From the NCBI RefSeq assembly GCF_006345805.1, contig NC_042998.1, forward strand, positions 125,674,001 through 125,738,000: a DNA stretch of 64,000 nucleotides, in the 5' to 3' direction. This document shows, piece by piece, positions 51,851 through 64,000 of this stretch. Below the pieces are notes generated by a model. It had not been told where the DNA came from and did no database searches. It saw only the letters and a program-made list of their open reading frames with translations. Source of the DNA: Octopus sinensis. Taxonomy: Eukaryota. A program made the translations under genes and the position numbers. Numbering within the stretch: the first letter of the stretch is position 1; every line of letters starts with the position of its first letter.

Positions 51851-52481
51851 CTGTAAAATACTTCTCTGGGACTCTACAGGTTCTTAAGTTATTTCTGTCC
51901 CATGTGACTTTAGTTATGGGATTAGATGTAATTTTATTCATATGCGTTGTAAACAGCTATAGTTTTAGCATGATCAGATTGTCATTGTAAAGCAAATATG
52001 AATCTTACATGTGAGTGTATGCATGTGTATGTGTGTATATAGATATACATCATACATATATGCAGACATATGTATATATATGTATATAAGGCTATATTTT
52101 GCTCACTTCTTGTTTGTTTCATCATTGTCCATTGTCTTAAATTACATTTATTCACTTTCGTAGGTCCACTCTGTATCGTTTTGTTTGCTCTCGGCCCAAT
52201 ATTCTCCGCAACTTTCACATGCACCACCAGCATGGGAAGTTCTTTGTCTTATCATTGAAGGTGCAAAACTGAGTAATACCATCTGGTTGATAACTGATGA
52301 AGAATCGGGGACCTTCTGTGACTGTCTCCCGTCTGGTTGTACACTCAGTATACGTGGTACGGTTTCTACTATCGTTGTTTATTTACACCATATATTTTCA
52401 TATATATATATATAAAAGAATAAACAAATAAATATATATATATGAATATATATATAAATATATATATATATGTGTGTGTAG

Positions 52482-52745
52482 CCTCGCCTGGCCTCCGTGC
52501 CGGTGGCACGTAAAAAACACCATCCGAGCGTGGTCGTTTGCCAGCCTCGTCTGGCACCTGTGTCGGTGGCACATAAAAAGCACCCACTACACTCACGGAG
52601 TGGTTGGCGTTAGGAAGGGCATCCATCTGTAGAAACACCGCCAGATCTGACTGGCCTGGTGCAGCCTTCGGGCTTCCCAGACTCCAGTTGAACCGTCCAA
52701 CCCATGCTAGCATGGAAAGCGGACATTAAACAATGATGATGATAT
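52482..52745 (+). mobile_element. RTE 3'-UTR fragment inside (TA)n
   Basis: gtgccggtggcacgtaaaaa modules, catgctagcatggaaagcggac, (GAT)n tail, TA arrays on both sides. Confidence 0.8.
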
Positions 52746-53519
52746 ATATATATATATATATATATATACTGAAGGAGAGAGAGATCAGTAATTATTTTTA
52801 ATTTTAAGAGACAAACATAAAATAGTAAATTTTTTAAATTAAAGATACTACACTAATGCAAATGCACAAACACACACACACACACATTTACATCCACATC
52901 CACATACAGAAACAGATATACACATTCAAGCAAGTACTTCAGAATGGAGATAGAGGAAAGGAGTTGCCCACTTTAGTAAATTTTAAAATTTATTCCATCT
53001 CCGAAAAAAAAAAAAAAAAAAAAGGACTATTGTTTGTTCATTTGTTGTTGTCTCTCTCTCTCTCTCTCTCTCTCTTTTGTTTCAACCCACTGTTTTTGCT
53101 TTACTTTTTCCTTTCTTTCTGCCTTCTTTATTTATCTACCAACTTCCTTTTAGTGCAAGTCATGTGAGAAAATTAGTTGGAGATAGATTTTTTTTTTGAA
53201 CAAAAGTAATTTATTTAGCTCTGTTACAATGTTGGCTTTGTTTCAACTGGTGTATACTGTGATCCACCACCTTTTTGTGCAGGGTTTTCTAACTCTTGTA
53301 TCACCTTCAGTACCCCTGCTCTGTTTGATCCTCGTTCCGTGCTATGTCCTCTGCAGTGGTCTTCTTATGGTTATTGGTCACATGTTTTATTTCCTAATGT
53401 TTTAGTAAGTGTTGCAGTTTTCTACCCATTTCAGTTTAATTGTGGTATATAGATATGTTTGTGTTTAACTATGTATGCGTGTATTTGCTATTTTTGTGAT
53501 ATATGTTGTGTATTTATAC

Positions 53520-53570
53520 ATGTATATATATATATATATATATTATGTATGTATGTATGTTTGTTGTATG

Positions 53571-53616
<46 letters not shown>

Positions 53617-53645
53617 GTATGTATGTGTGTATGTATGTATGTTTG

Positions 53646-53683
<38 letters not shown>

Positions 53684-53810
53684 TATACATATGTATGTAT
53701 ATATATATGTATATATATATATATATATTATATATATATATATTTATATATATATATATATATAATATATATATATATGTATGTATGTATGTATATGTAT
53801 GTATATATAT
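53520..53810. repeat. long TA/TATG microsatellite
   Basis: Direct reading. It is the source of the spurious 336-aa ORF 53459..54469. Confidence 0.95.
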
Positions 53811-54451
53811 TGTGGTTTCACTTCCTAGACCAGGCAGGGCATTGTGTACTTGAGCAAAACACTTCGCTTCATGTTTCCTCAATCCACTCAGTAGACCACC
53901 ATCCCATCTGGTGGGTGGCAGATTTCTATGTCACAGAAACTGGGAAACTGGCCTTAGGAGTGTATATGACCCAGGAAGCAGCTTTATCCTTAATGTGTAT
54001 ATGTATTTATCCATGTATATCTCTATGTTATTGTTTTTCTCTCTCTTTCTGTTGTGCCTTGCTTGACACTGCTATGTCCTGCATTATAAGGACATACATG
54101 ATTGGCCTGAACAGTGTACCTCACCATCTGACTCCACTCGTGTCTGTCCAGTATTTATTTGTGGTGGAACAGCCCACTTCTTTCACTCAGGGTGTCCTCT
54201 ACAACACCTCCCCTTTTTATTTCTTCACACAGCATTATTATAGTTTTTTTTTTTTTTTTAGTTTTCCATTTCTTTTTCTTCCACGCACAGAATTATTACA
54301 ACAAAATCTTTTTCCAGTAGAATCTTTTTTTTTCGAGTATATACTATTTCTTCACACAGCATTATTATATATATATTTTTTGCATATTCCATCTTTTTCT
54401 TCCACACACAGAATTTTTTTCTCAACTATGTATTACAAAATATATACTTCT

Positions 54452-54810
54452 CCAGAATACCCCAGATAGTACCGGCTCTACATTCTTACCGATAGTGCTA
54501 CAAACACATAGCGACCTGACTAAAATCCTTTGCACAGACTTATATTATATTTTTTTTCTTCCACACACAGAATTATTATTTCGTTTCCCTCCAGAATGCC
54601 CCCAGGTAGTACTGGCTCGACATTCTTACTGGTAGTGCTACAAACACATAGCAACCTGACTAAGATCCTTCAACAGATTTTATTATTTTTTCACTGTTTT
54701 CCTTCCACACACAGAATTTTCTTTTTCTCCAGAATGCCCCAGGTAGTATCAGCTCTACATTCTTACTGGTAGTGTTACTAACCCATGAGCTACCTGACTG
54801 AAATCCTGCA
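54452..54810. repeat. ~139-bp minisatellite, about 2.6 units
   Basis: Units start ccagaat(a/g)cccc at 54452, 54591 and 54729 and share tagta..ggctc(t/g)acattcttac...gacctgact. Confidence 0.85.
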
Positions 54811-55306
54811 AATGGGCTTATATTATTATTTTTTTCTGTGTTGTGGAGTGCATGATATTAGAATCCTCATCACCAGTGTTGTGTCTTGCAAAACTTTCAT
54901 CACTCCTATTATATCTTGTGTGTGTTCAAAATCCTTCTTCAACACAGTTATGTCTTGCGTGTGTTTGAATTCTTGTTGCCACTGTTGTGTCTTGCTTGAC
55001 ACTGTTATGTCCTGCATTATAATGATGTACTTTGTTGTCTGCGTGACTGGCCTGAATGGTGTAGCTCCCTGTCTGACTCCACTCATGTTTGTCCTCTATT
55101 TATTTGTGGTGGCACAGCCTATTTCTCTCACTCGAGGTGTCCTCCACAACACTTTCTTTTTTAGCATCTAACAGCCTGATTGATTTAAAGTTGTTATAAG
55201 TCTCCTTCTCTTGTTCTCTCTTTCTCATTCTTCTCTCAGTGTTTATTTACATGTGTATATAGACAATAAACATATCTATATCCATTTATATATATGCGCG
55301 TGTGTG

Positions 55307-55339
<33 letters not shown>

Positions 55340-55409
55340 ATGTGTGTATATATATGTGTGTGTGCGTGTATATATATATATATATATATAAGTATATATA
55401 TATATATAA

Positions 55410-55447
<38 letters not shown>

Positions 55448-56086
55448 CTATCTATCTATCTATATATATATATAAACACACCAGCATCGGTTGTTAAGCA
55501 ATGCTAGAGAGACAAACACAGACACACAAACATACACACACACATACATATATATATATACACGACAGGCTTCTTTCAGTTTCCGTCTACCAAATCTACT
55601 CACAAGGCCTTGGTCGGCCCGAGGCTATAGCAGAAGACATCTTTTATCTTTTACTTGTTTCAGTCATTAGACTGTGGCCATGCTGGGGCACTGCCTTGAA
55701 GAATTTTTAATTGAATGAATTGACCCCAGTACTTATCATTTGTTAAGACTGGTACTTATTCTATTGGTCTCTTTTAGCTGAACTGCTAAGTTATAAGGAT
55801 GTAAACACGCTGTCATTGATTGTCAAGTGGTGGCGGGGGACATTTCAGACCCAAAGACACACACACACACGCACACACATGCACGCGCGCACACACACAC
55901 AATCAATGGGTTTCTTTCAGTTTCTATATACCAAACTCCACTCACAAGGTTTTGATTGGTCCGAGGCTATAGTAGAAGATACTTGCCCATGCAGTGGAGT
56001 GGGACTGAACCTGGAACCATGTGGCTGGGAAGCAAACTTCTTACCACACAGCCATACCTGAACCAATATATATTTATGTACCTATA

Positions 56087-56119
<33 letters not shown>

Positions 56120-56993
56120 GTGTGTGTGTGTGTAAAATGATGACCAACAAACAAATTTTAAATGCTGGAAGTTGAACTGTCAAAAAATTAATTTCAATGT
56201 CACTGGCACATCTCCCCTTAACAAAAGTGATTTCTGACAAGGTGTTCCCTTTGTTGATCCCCTTTAGAAGCAATGCCCCCAGACTTGAATGTATCTTGTA
56301 GCTCACCTGGTATTGGTTGCTAGAATTTATTGTCTTTGACCTCAAAATACTGGTGTCTATAATGGTCATATGCTGTCAAAAGAAACGTATCTTCCCCAAT
56401 TCGCACATTTTTCCAGGTGCCTTCTCCTTCCATCACAATATACGTTCTGTATCTATCAAGAGGAATTATTTGGCATTCCGTATGAACACCTCTACATTGA
56501 ATGCAACTAACGTATACACTTGTTTAAATTGAAGGATAGAGAAGAGTCCCTTCGGTCATTGATGACCATGGGATTGCATCTAGAAAATTGCCCTCTGATG
56601 CACAAGTCTGAACAAGGTTGTTTATGGAAGACCAGCAGTCGCCCATGCCTATCAGACCATACAGTCTGGTATGGGAATTGAACTCACTACCTCGTTATTG
56701 TGAGCCTGGTGCTCTAACCACTGAGCTATGTGCCTTGAGGGACAAAGGGAGTTGTAACTTTATGTCATTGTATTTGGAAGATAGCAGAATTGAAAGTGTC
56801 TCTATAACATGTAACATTATGGACAGAACAATACCATATACAAATAAGGCAGGGAATTACAAATTCAATTTTGTTTAGGTATTTCACATCTGTGGTAATA
56901 CATATTTTGTACAATATTATCATAGGAGATATCAAATAAATTTTCATTCCTCAAATCTTTCAAAACTTACTTAGTAATTTCAGCCATCTTCTG

Positions 56994-58036
56994 TCATCTA
57001 TTGACATTTTAGATGCTTGCTGTAACTTTGTATGCCATGGCATTTTTATATATTCTTTTCTACTCTAGGCACAAGGCATAAACTTTTGGGAGAGAGGACC
57101 AGTCGATTAGATCGACCCCAGTATGCAACTGGTACTTAATTTATTGACCCCGAAAGGATGAAAGGCAAAGTTGACCTCAGCGGAATTTGAACTCAGAACG
57201 TAAAGACAGTTGAAATACTGCTAAGCATTTCACCCAGCGTGCTAACATTTCTACCAGCTTGCTGCCTTATTTATTATGATATTGTCTTCAGTTTAGCTGT
57301 ATATAGTTTTGTCCTCCTCCTCTCCACTTTATAAACTACAATTTTCCTCTTTTCGTGGGTTGAATATATATTACATCTCTCTATTTGTCTCAGTCTTATG
57401 TCATCATGGTTGTGAGGTCCAATATCTTCAGATATGATGTCATCTATTCTATCTTTTTCTATGGCATGGCTCAGTGGTTAGAGCATCGGGCTCACAATCA
57501 TGATGTAGTGAGTTCAATTCCCAGACCGGGCTGAGTGTTGTATTCTTGAGCAAGACACCATTTCACGTTGCTCTAGTTCACTCAGCTGTAGAAATGAGTT
57601 GCGACGTCACTTGTGCCAAGCTGTATCAGCCTTTGCCTTTCCCTTGGATAACATTGGTGGCATGGAGAGGGGAGACTGGTATGCATGGGTGATTGCTGGT
57701 ATTCCATAGACAACCTTGCTCAGACTTGTGCCTTGGAGTGTAACTTCCTAGGTGCAATCCCATGGTCATTCATGACTGAAGGGGTTCATCTGTTGACATT
57801 TTAGATGCTTGCTGTAACTTTGTATGCCATGGCATTTTTATGTATTCTTTTCTACTCTAGGCACAAGGCACAAACTTTTGGGAGAGGGGACCAGTCGATT
57901 AGATCGACCCCAGTATGCAACTGGTATTTAATTTATTGACCCCGAAAGGATGAAAGGCAAAGTTGACCTCAACGGAATTTGAACTCAGAACGTAAAGACA
58001 GATGAAATACTGCTAAGCATTTCACCCAGCGTGCTA
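56994..58036. repeat. 251-bp direct duplication (56994-57244 and 57786-58036)
   Basis: Same length, about 7 substitutions by eye. Includes unique flank (gacattttagatgcttgctgtaactttgtatgccatggc) plus part of a family-3 SINE. Confidence 0.9.
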
Positions 58037-58059
58037 CATACTTATGGCACATACTTATC

Positions 58060-59225
58060 TTGTACTCTTGTACTCTACCTTGACTTTGCTAAGGCTTTCA
58101 ACTCTGTGCCACACAAAAGGCTTATGGTGAAACTCTCTGCAATGGGTGTGAGGGATGACCTTTTTAACTGGTTGAAGTCCTTCATTCTCAACCGAAAGGA
58201 GGTAGTCACAGTTCTAGGACAGCATTCTACACCATATGAGATGTCATCGGGTGTACCACAGGGATCTGTCCTTGGTCCCCTCTTGTTTGTGGCATACATT
58301 AATGACATAGATGCAAATTTAAAGAATGCCACAGTATTAAAATATGCAGACGACATCAAGCTGTACCTTGAAATCAAGAGGACAGATCCTGTTGTCTACA
58401 GCTCTTTCCTGCAATCAGACCTGGACACAATGCAGCAATGGATCACAGACTGGCAACTGAAACTGGCTGTGGACAAGTGTACCACCATGCATTTTGGGAG
58501 AAAAAACCCTGCGTCCACATACTCCCTCCACAACACTGATATCAAGAAATCCTCTTGCGAGCGTGACCTAGGCATCACTGTCAGCAGTGATTTGCGTTGG
58601 ACAAAGCATATCTCTAAATTGTCAAGAAGGCCGAGGGTGTCTTGGCATCACTCAGCAAGACTTTTGTTAGCCGCTCTCCAGCCATCTATTTAAAACTGTA
58701 TACAGCTATGGTACGACCACACTTGGAATTCGCATCATCAGTTTGGAACCCCTATCTTGCTCAGAACATTGACCTCCTGGAATCTGTTCAGAGACGTGCA
58801 ACCAAACGCATACCCTCCATCAGACACCTACCATATTCTGAGCGCCTTGTTTCCCTGGGCATGGATTCACTGAAGCTCCGGCGTCTGGCGACGGACTTGG
58901 TAAACACCCACGAAGTTGTCAACCACCTCACCAATAACAACACTGAACACCTTTTTGATCTCCATGTGTCTAACACACGTGGACATGCCCACAAAGTCAG
59001 AAAACAACACAGCTCCCATGACTTTCGGAAACATTTCTTCACACTCAGAGTTGCTGAAGCATGGAATAAACTGCCTGCGTCAGTTGTTGACTGCCATGAC
59101 ACTGCATCCTTTAAGGCCCTCATGCTTTCCGAAATCCGTCGAAACTACACCTGATTATATATACACTTTCGATGAGTTGTAGTGCACCTGAGCACTGTAC
59201 ACAATGTTTATTATTATTATTATTA
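58060..59225 (+). mobile_element. young CR1-like LINE, 5'-truncated
   Basis: YLDFAKAFNSVPH, SGVPQGSVLGPLLF, YADDIKL, ERDLG, RPHLEFASSVWNPY, QRRATK. A single 1-bp deletion near 58618 joins ORFs 58031 and 58642. (TTA)n tail. Confidence 0.9.
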
Positions 59226-59558
59226 ATTGTTAAGAGTATGAAGTATGCATACTGTATGAAGTCTGGTAACGCACTTCATACAGTGTGCTTCCTCCAATCA
59301 CATAACACGTTTAAACAAGTATTACCAGCATCCTTTCACACACCTTACCAATTCCACTGATTCCTGATGGCCTTTATTTCTCACTTCATTTCTACTCTTT
59401 ATTTCTTATAAATTAATTTTGCACAGCCAGTGAACCAGATTCAAGATTGTTATTCTCCATTCATTGTAGATTCTCATAAATGCTGTAGTAAAATTGAAAG
59501 ATCTTTTGAAATATCAAATGGAAATAACTTTTTATTTGTTTATTTCATTAATTTTTAG

Positions 59559-59649
59559 CTGTGTGTTATAAACCTCTTGAATCCAAAATCTCCATCATTG
59601 GACACTATAAAAATGCAGGTTTACTTTGATATGAATTACACCACTCGAG
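59559..59649 (+). CDS. CFAP206: CFAP206 coding exon 3
   Basis: tttttAG|CTG TGT...ACT CGA G|GTCAGT. Encodes LCVINLLNPKSPSLDTIKMQVYFDMNYTTR with the conserved PSLDTIKMQVYFDMNY motif. 91 nt, phase 0/1. Confidence 0.95.
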
Positions 59650-59698
59650 GTCAGTATATTACTTGTTTCTGTTAAAACTTTCCATCAATGCATGATAG

Positions 59699-59732
<34 letters not shown>

Positions 59733-59769
59733 GATGATGATGATTATGATGAAAATAATTACAGCAACA

Positions 59770-60061
59770 ACAACAATAAAGAAGAAAGTAACTGTCTTCC
59801 CAGTAGTTGTAGGGGCACTGGGAGCATTAACAACCAAATTTGAAAAATTTGCTGAAGAAAATGGGATTAACTAGGGAGTAGAACATGTTTAAAAAAAACT
59901 GCTCTATTGGGGGACAGCAAGGATTTTGAGATTGGTACTTGAATGTTAAGTATCATGGCTAGGTTGCTGTTCACTCTTACAGAATTAACTGGGACAAGTA
60001 AAATCAAGAGCTCTGAGAAAATAGAAATAATAATGTTAATAATAATAATAATAATAATATT

Positions 60062-60096
<35 letters not shown>

Positions 60097-60190
60097 TAAT
60101 AATAATAATAAAATAATAATAATAATACTAATAATAATAAAAAAATAATAATAATAAAATAATAATAATAATAATAATAATAATAATCCT
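59770..60190 (+). mobile_element. R4/Dong-like 3' tip between TAA arrays
   Basis: PVVVGALGALTTKFEKF motif (ORF 59692), with TAA/TGA repeats at ~59697-59755 and ~60035-60186. Confidence 0.75.
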
Positions 60191-60309
60191 TTCTACTCAA
60201 GGCACAAGGCCTGAAGTTTTGGGGGAGGGGACTAGTCGAGTACATAAACCACAGTGTTTCACTGGTACTTAATTTATTGACCCCCACAACAGGATGAAAG
60301 GTAAAAGGT

Positions 60310-61140
60310 TGCTACATGTCACTACATACCAGAGTCAATGTTGATAGATTATACCTAGCACAGAAGGAAGAGGGAAAAAGTCTGATATCAAGAGAAGACT
60401 GTGTAGAGCAGCAAAATGAGATATACAAGAGTATGTGAGAAGCAACCCAAAAAGACTGATTTCAGCTGCCAGAGGAGAAAGGAAAGAAACTGCAAAGTGC
60501 AGAGTATGTAATAAGAAAGAGGAATCCATTATGTACATAAGTTCCTGTAGTCCTTTGGTACTGAAGGAATATAGATGCTGACATGACTGTGTGGCCAAGG
60601 CACTACTCTGGGACATATTACTGCAAAGAAGATTTAAAGTGGGAAGAAAATGGTACAAACGTACAAACATTAACCAGTAGGTGTAATAGAGAACGAGTAG
60701 TATAAAGTTTTATGAGATTTTAATGTACAAACTGATTGCAAAATTCATGCCAGGGGACGAGATATTATTGTTCTTGAGAAGGGGAAAAAAAGTGCATTGT
60801 CATAGATGTAACAATATTTGTGTATATAAATGTAGTAGTCAATGAACAAGAGAAAATAAGAAAATACTAGGATTTGGTTTGGGAAATACTACTGTGGAGG
60901 GGTCTCTACAAAAGGAATCCCAGTTGTTATAGGTACCAGCAGACTTAACAGCTCTTTTATTGAGATTGGTAAAACTACAAGGGTTGCACTAATATAGAAA
61001 TCCGCTCTGTTGAGAAGAGCAAAGATTTTATGAAAGGTCCTCAATATCTAGGGAAACTGGTTGTGACCCAGTATCAAGGACATTTATTCTGAATGTTGAA
61101 CATTCTTACACACCATGAACAATAATGATAATAATAAAAC
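60310..61140 (+). mobile_element. R4/Dong-like 3' fragment with internal deletion
   Basis: NVDRLYLAQKEEGKSLISREDCVE, KCRVCNKKEESI...C...HD.VAK.L.W, RLE-like DIIVLEK region, TAA tail. Confidence 0.7.
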
Positions 61141-62722
61141 TTTACATTTTTCAAACTAATTTCTTCCTAAACAGTAAAGAATTTTCAGAGCTAGTGCTTA
61201 TGTCTGGTTTTGTTGCTTGAAAATGACAGATGAATCTTTCACTGTACAAAACTCCAGTCTATCATATGTAACATTCTTAGATAATCTGTTACCTATTTCT
61301 GGCCACTAGATGATCAGAGCAAATGTAGCACAAGGTGTTCAGCCACTTGATTACTTGCTAATGACAACCCATCAAAGGTGATGACAGATCCTGTGGCAAT
61401 GAGGGCACTGAAAGTGACCACAAACAAGAGCTGTAGGGGATTGATGGTGACATCTCCTCTTCTTTATGCAGTCTCCTGTGTTTGGTTTCAAAATGCTATA
61501 CTCCAACGTCACATATGGACCTCTACGCCTTCTGATTAACAGCTGTGTTCAGCCAAGAAACACAACAAAATGCTTGGAGTAGATTTGAATTCACAACCTA
61601 TGATTTAGTTACACAATATTGTGTATACTTGGCCCTGTCACTTTCATGTCATTCATTCATCACTCAATGTTTTTCAAATTTGGCACACGGCCAACAATTT
61701 CAGGAGAGAGAGTAAATCAAATAAATTGACCCCAGTGCTCAACTTGTACTTATCTTATTGACTCCAAAAGGATGAAAGGTGAAGTCGACCTCTCCCCACC
61801 CCAACAGCATCTGAACTCAGAATATAAAGACGGACGAAATGCCACTAAGCATTTTGTCCAGCATGGTCATGATCCTGTCAGGTCACTGTCTTCCCAAAGT
61901 AGTGTAATATTAATGTTAAAATACTGGAATTTTGGCTATAAAGATATGAGGGAACACCTTGCTATAGGCATTATGTTGAGATCCTAAGAAGGTTTCATTA
62001 TTTGATATATTTCATTTGACTAGAATCAGGGTCACTTTTAAGTACTTGTGGTCCCTGGTACTGTACTAAAGAATCATTAAACTACATATTTTCATATGGT
62101 CCTTCACTTAAGGGATTTATGTACCTCCTCAACCCATAGCACCTCTTAAAGATGGTACTGACTAAAATAAAAGTGTCTAAATTTCTTCCTTTATAATTGA
62201 GCAGCTAATGACAATAAGATACAGCCAAATGTTAAAATAATGATCTAACCTTATGCATATGCTCAATATGTTACCATAAAAAAAGAAGGTCCTAAATTTG
62301 GACAACAAAGTAACTAATAAAACATGCTGTATGTACTCAAGTGTCATTGTGGAAACTGGTCTTGATTAAATATTTCCATCCCAAATTTAATTCCTTGTTT
62401 TGTAAGAGTTAGTTTTAAGTAAAGAACATTGTTAACACTGATGAAGAATATGTCTAGCGACCTTAGACATATTCCAAATTTTCTGTTACCACACAAAATA
62501 CTTACGTGAGATGGAACTTCTATGAGCCAAAGAAGGACATTTTTATACAATAGTTTGATCTCCTCTCTTTAGTTTATTGTATTGGAATATCATTCCACTA
62601 CAACCACTGCCACCACCACCACCACCACAATATTAATTTAACTGCTTTGATTGACCAGTTACCTAAGTATTATATGTCCACTTTATCAGAGAAGACCGTG
62701 ATGAGGACAACAACAGTTGACA

Positions 62723-63218
62723 GTGGAGGCACAATGGCCCAGTGGTTAGGTCAGCGGACTCGCAGTCGTAAGAACACAGCTTCAATTCCCAGACCGGGCA
62801 TTGTGACTGTTTATTGAGCAAAAACACCTAAGCTCCACGAGGCTCCGGCGGGGAGGGGTGGTGAACCCCCGCTGTACTCTTTCACCACAACTTTCTCTCA
62901 CTCTTTCTTCCTACTTCTTCCTCAAAGCAGAGGAACCATGGTGTAACCCACTATGGTGTGGTAAACCTCCAGACCCTAGTCTAGATTGTGAATCCTCTGT
63001 ACCCCATGATGGTTCAGCTCTCCACCCATTAAAAGCCACCATTTACGGAATGAGGATAATAACGTAGCTTTCGTGCCTATGCAACTGCCAGTCTATTGCG
63101 TGTGGTGGGTAGATCTTCAAGTTGCCACACGCATTTTTAGTGGTTTAGAGTAGGCTCAAATTAGAGATTATTCTTTGTGCCTAATAGCGTGAGTCCTGAT
63201 TGGAAGAAGAAGAAGAAG
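62723..63218 (+). mobile_element. chimeric tRNA-SINE (family 4) + LINE-like 3' end, with 13-bp TSD
   Basis: ACAACAGTTGACA at 62710-62722 and 63219-63231. tRNA-like head ggaggcacaatggcccagtggttagg, 3' hairpin gcgtgtgg...ccacacgc, (GAA)n tail. Confidence 0.75.
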
Positions 63219-63659
63219 ACAACAGTTGACATGTATTTTATTAGACTGCAATGTTGAACTAAATTCTTCTGTGGGCAGCAGTAGAAGGTGTTAATAAATT
63301 ACTGTACTGTAACCTGTCTTTAATTACTACTCGAGGATGACCACACTTAACTTTACAAAACCAGTACCACCACCACCACCACTGTTGCTATACCACCATT
63401 ACAAAAATAGTACCACTACTATACTATTAGCAACAGTCCCACTATCATTATCATCATCACCACCACCACCACCAACACCACTGCCATACTAACACCACTG
63501 TATGACTATTACAATAATAGTATTCTATCTCAGTACCACCACCACTATTGAATATTGTTTTTCCATTTAGTCTTTACAAAAGTCTTTCAAGGTCTTCCTT
63601 CACTACCTTTTCCATAAAAGGGTTATAAACTTTTTTCTATATTCTGTTTCTCTATTAAG

Positions 63660-63848
63660 AGCAATTTCTGGAAGAACATCGAAGAGTGCTGGAATCCCGT
63701 ATGCAGCCAGTGATACGAGAAATCACCGACAGCCGAGCCCAGATCAAAGAAGAATTTGAGAATCTCTATCACAAGATTGTGTTAACCATCCTGCTTCGAT
63801 CTGGTCTTGGTAGCCCATCTGATTTGTCAGTTGTAAGGGAAGCCACAG
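63660..63848 (+). CDS. CFAP206: CFAP206 coding exon 4
   Basis: tattaAG|AG CAA...GCC ACA G|GTTTGT. Encodes (E)QFLEEHRRVLESRMQPVIREITDSRAQIKEEFENLYHKIVLTILLRSGLGSPSDLSVVREAT with the conserved LLRSGLGSP motif. 189 nt, phase 1/1. Overlaps track ORF 63686..63877. Confidence 0.95.
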
Positions 63849-64000
63849 GTTTGTATACTCTCCTGTATAGTTACTAGGGGTTCTTTGATTGGTTGTTTGT
63901 TTCTCCTCACTCTAGCAGAAAGGGAAATATCATCTAATTTAGTTGGGTTCTATGTACAAAACTTGTGTGAGGATGTGGGTTAGTGTTGTTTGTCAATTCT

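Noticed and set aside
52294-52322. CTGATGA plus AGAA/TTCT stem as a hammerhead
   Set aside because: Weak stem followed by GTGA, with no stem I or NUH geometry.
53459-54469. Longest ORF in the track (336 aa)
   Set aside because: Mostly translated TA/TATG microsatellite ([10 protein letters not shown]) plus SINE and low-complexity sequence. The same applies to ORFs at 21764, 22062-22410, 37478-37899, 49017-49337 and 55211.

Overview
AT-rich, microsatellite- and transposon-dense eukaryotic genomic DNA. The SINE and RTE-LINE repertoire looks like an octopod cephalopod (Octopus-like); this is inference from recalled repeat families, not a database hit. One host gene is well supported: the first four coding exons of CFAP206 (C6orf165, ciliary/flagellar radial-spoke-associated protein) on the + strand at 40033-40140, 48260-48343, 59559-59649 and 63660-63848. 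They give 157 codons with canonical GT-AG sites and matching phases, and the gene continues beyond the window. A CpG-rich motif cluster at ~6.58-6.77 kb (YY1-type, E-box, overlapping ETS-CRE, RFX X-box) looks like a bidirectional promoter. It may drive CFAP206 across a ~33-kb 5'-UTR intron and an unidentified minus-strand gene with two in-frame micro-exons. The rest is TE debris: RTE, R4/Dong-like, Tx1/L1-like and CR1-like LINEs, a Ty3/gypsy relic, mariner and piggyBac-like elements, several tRNA-derived SINE families and SSRs. The most interesting signal is a set of minimal type-I hammerhead-ribozyme-like motifs in three unrelated short repeat families with Penelope-like inverted architecture. 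One family is a tRNA-headed (Pol III) SINE-like unit carrying the hammerhead (29.6-30.0 kb and 41.4-41.7 kb). All copies here carry core mutations, several of them CpG-type, so activity is unproven. No CRISPR, rRNA or bona fide tRNA genes were seen. Most long ORFs in the track are SSR or TE artefacts. Repeat boundaries are approximate unless a TSD or TIR is quoted.
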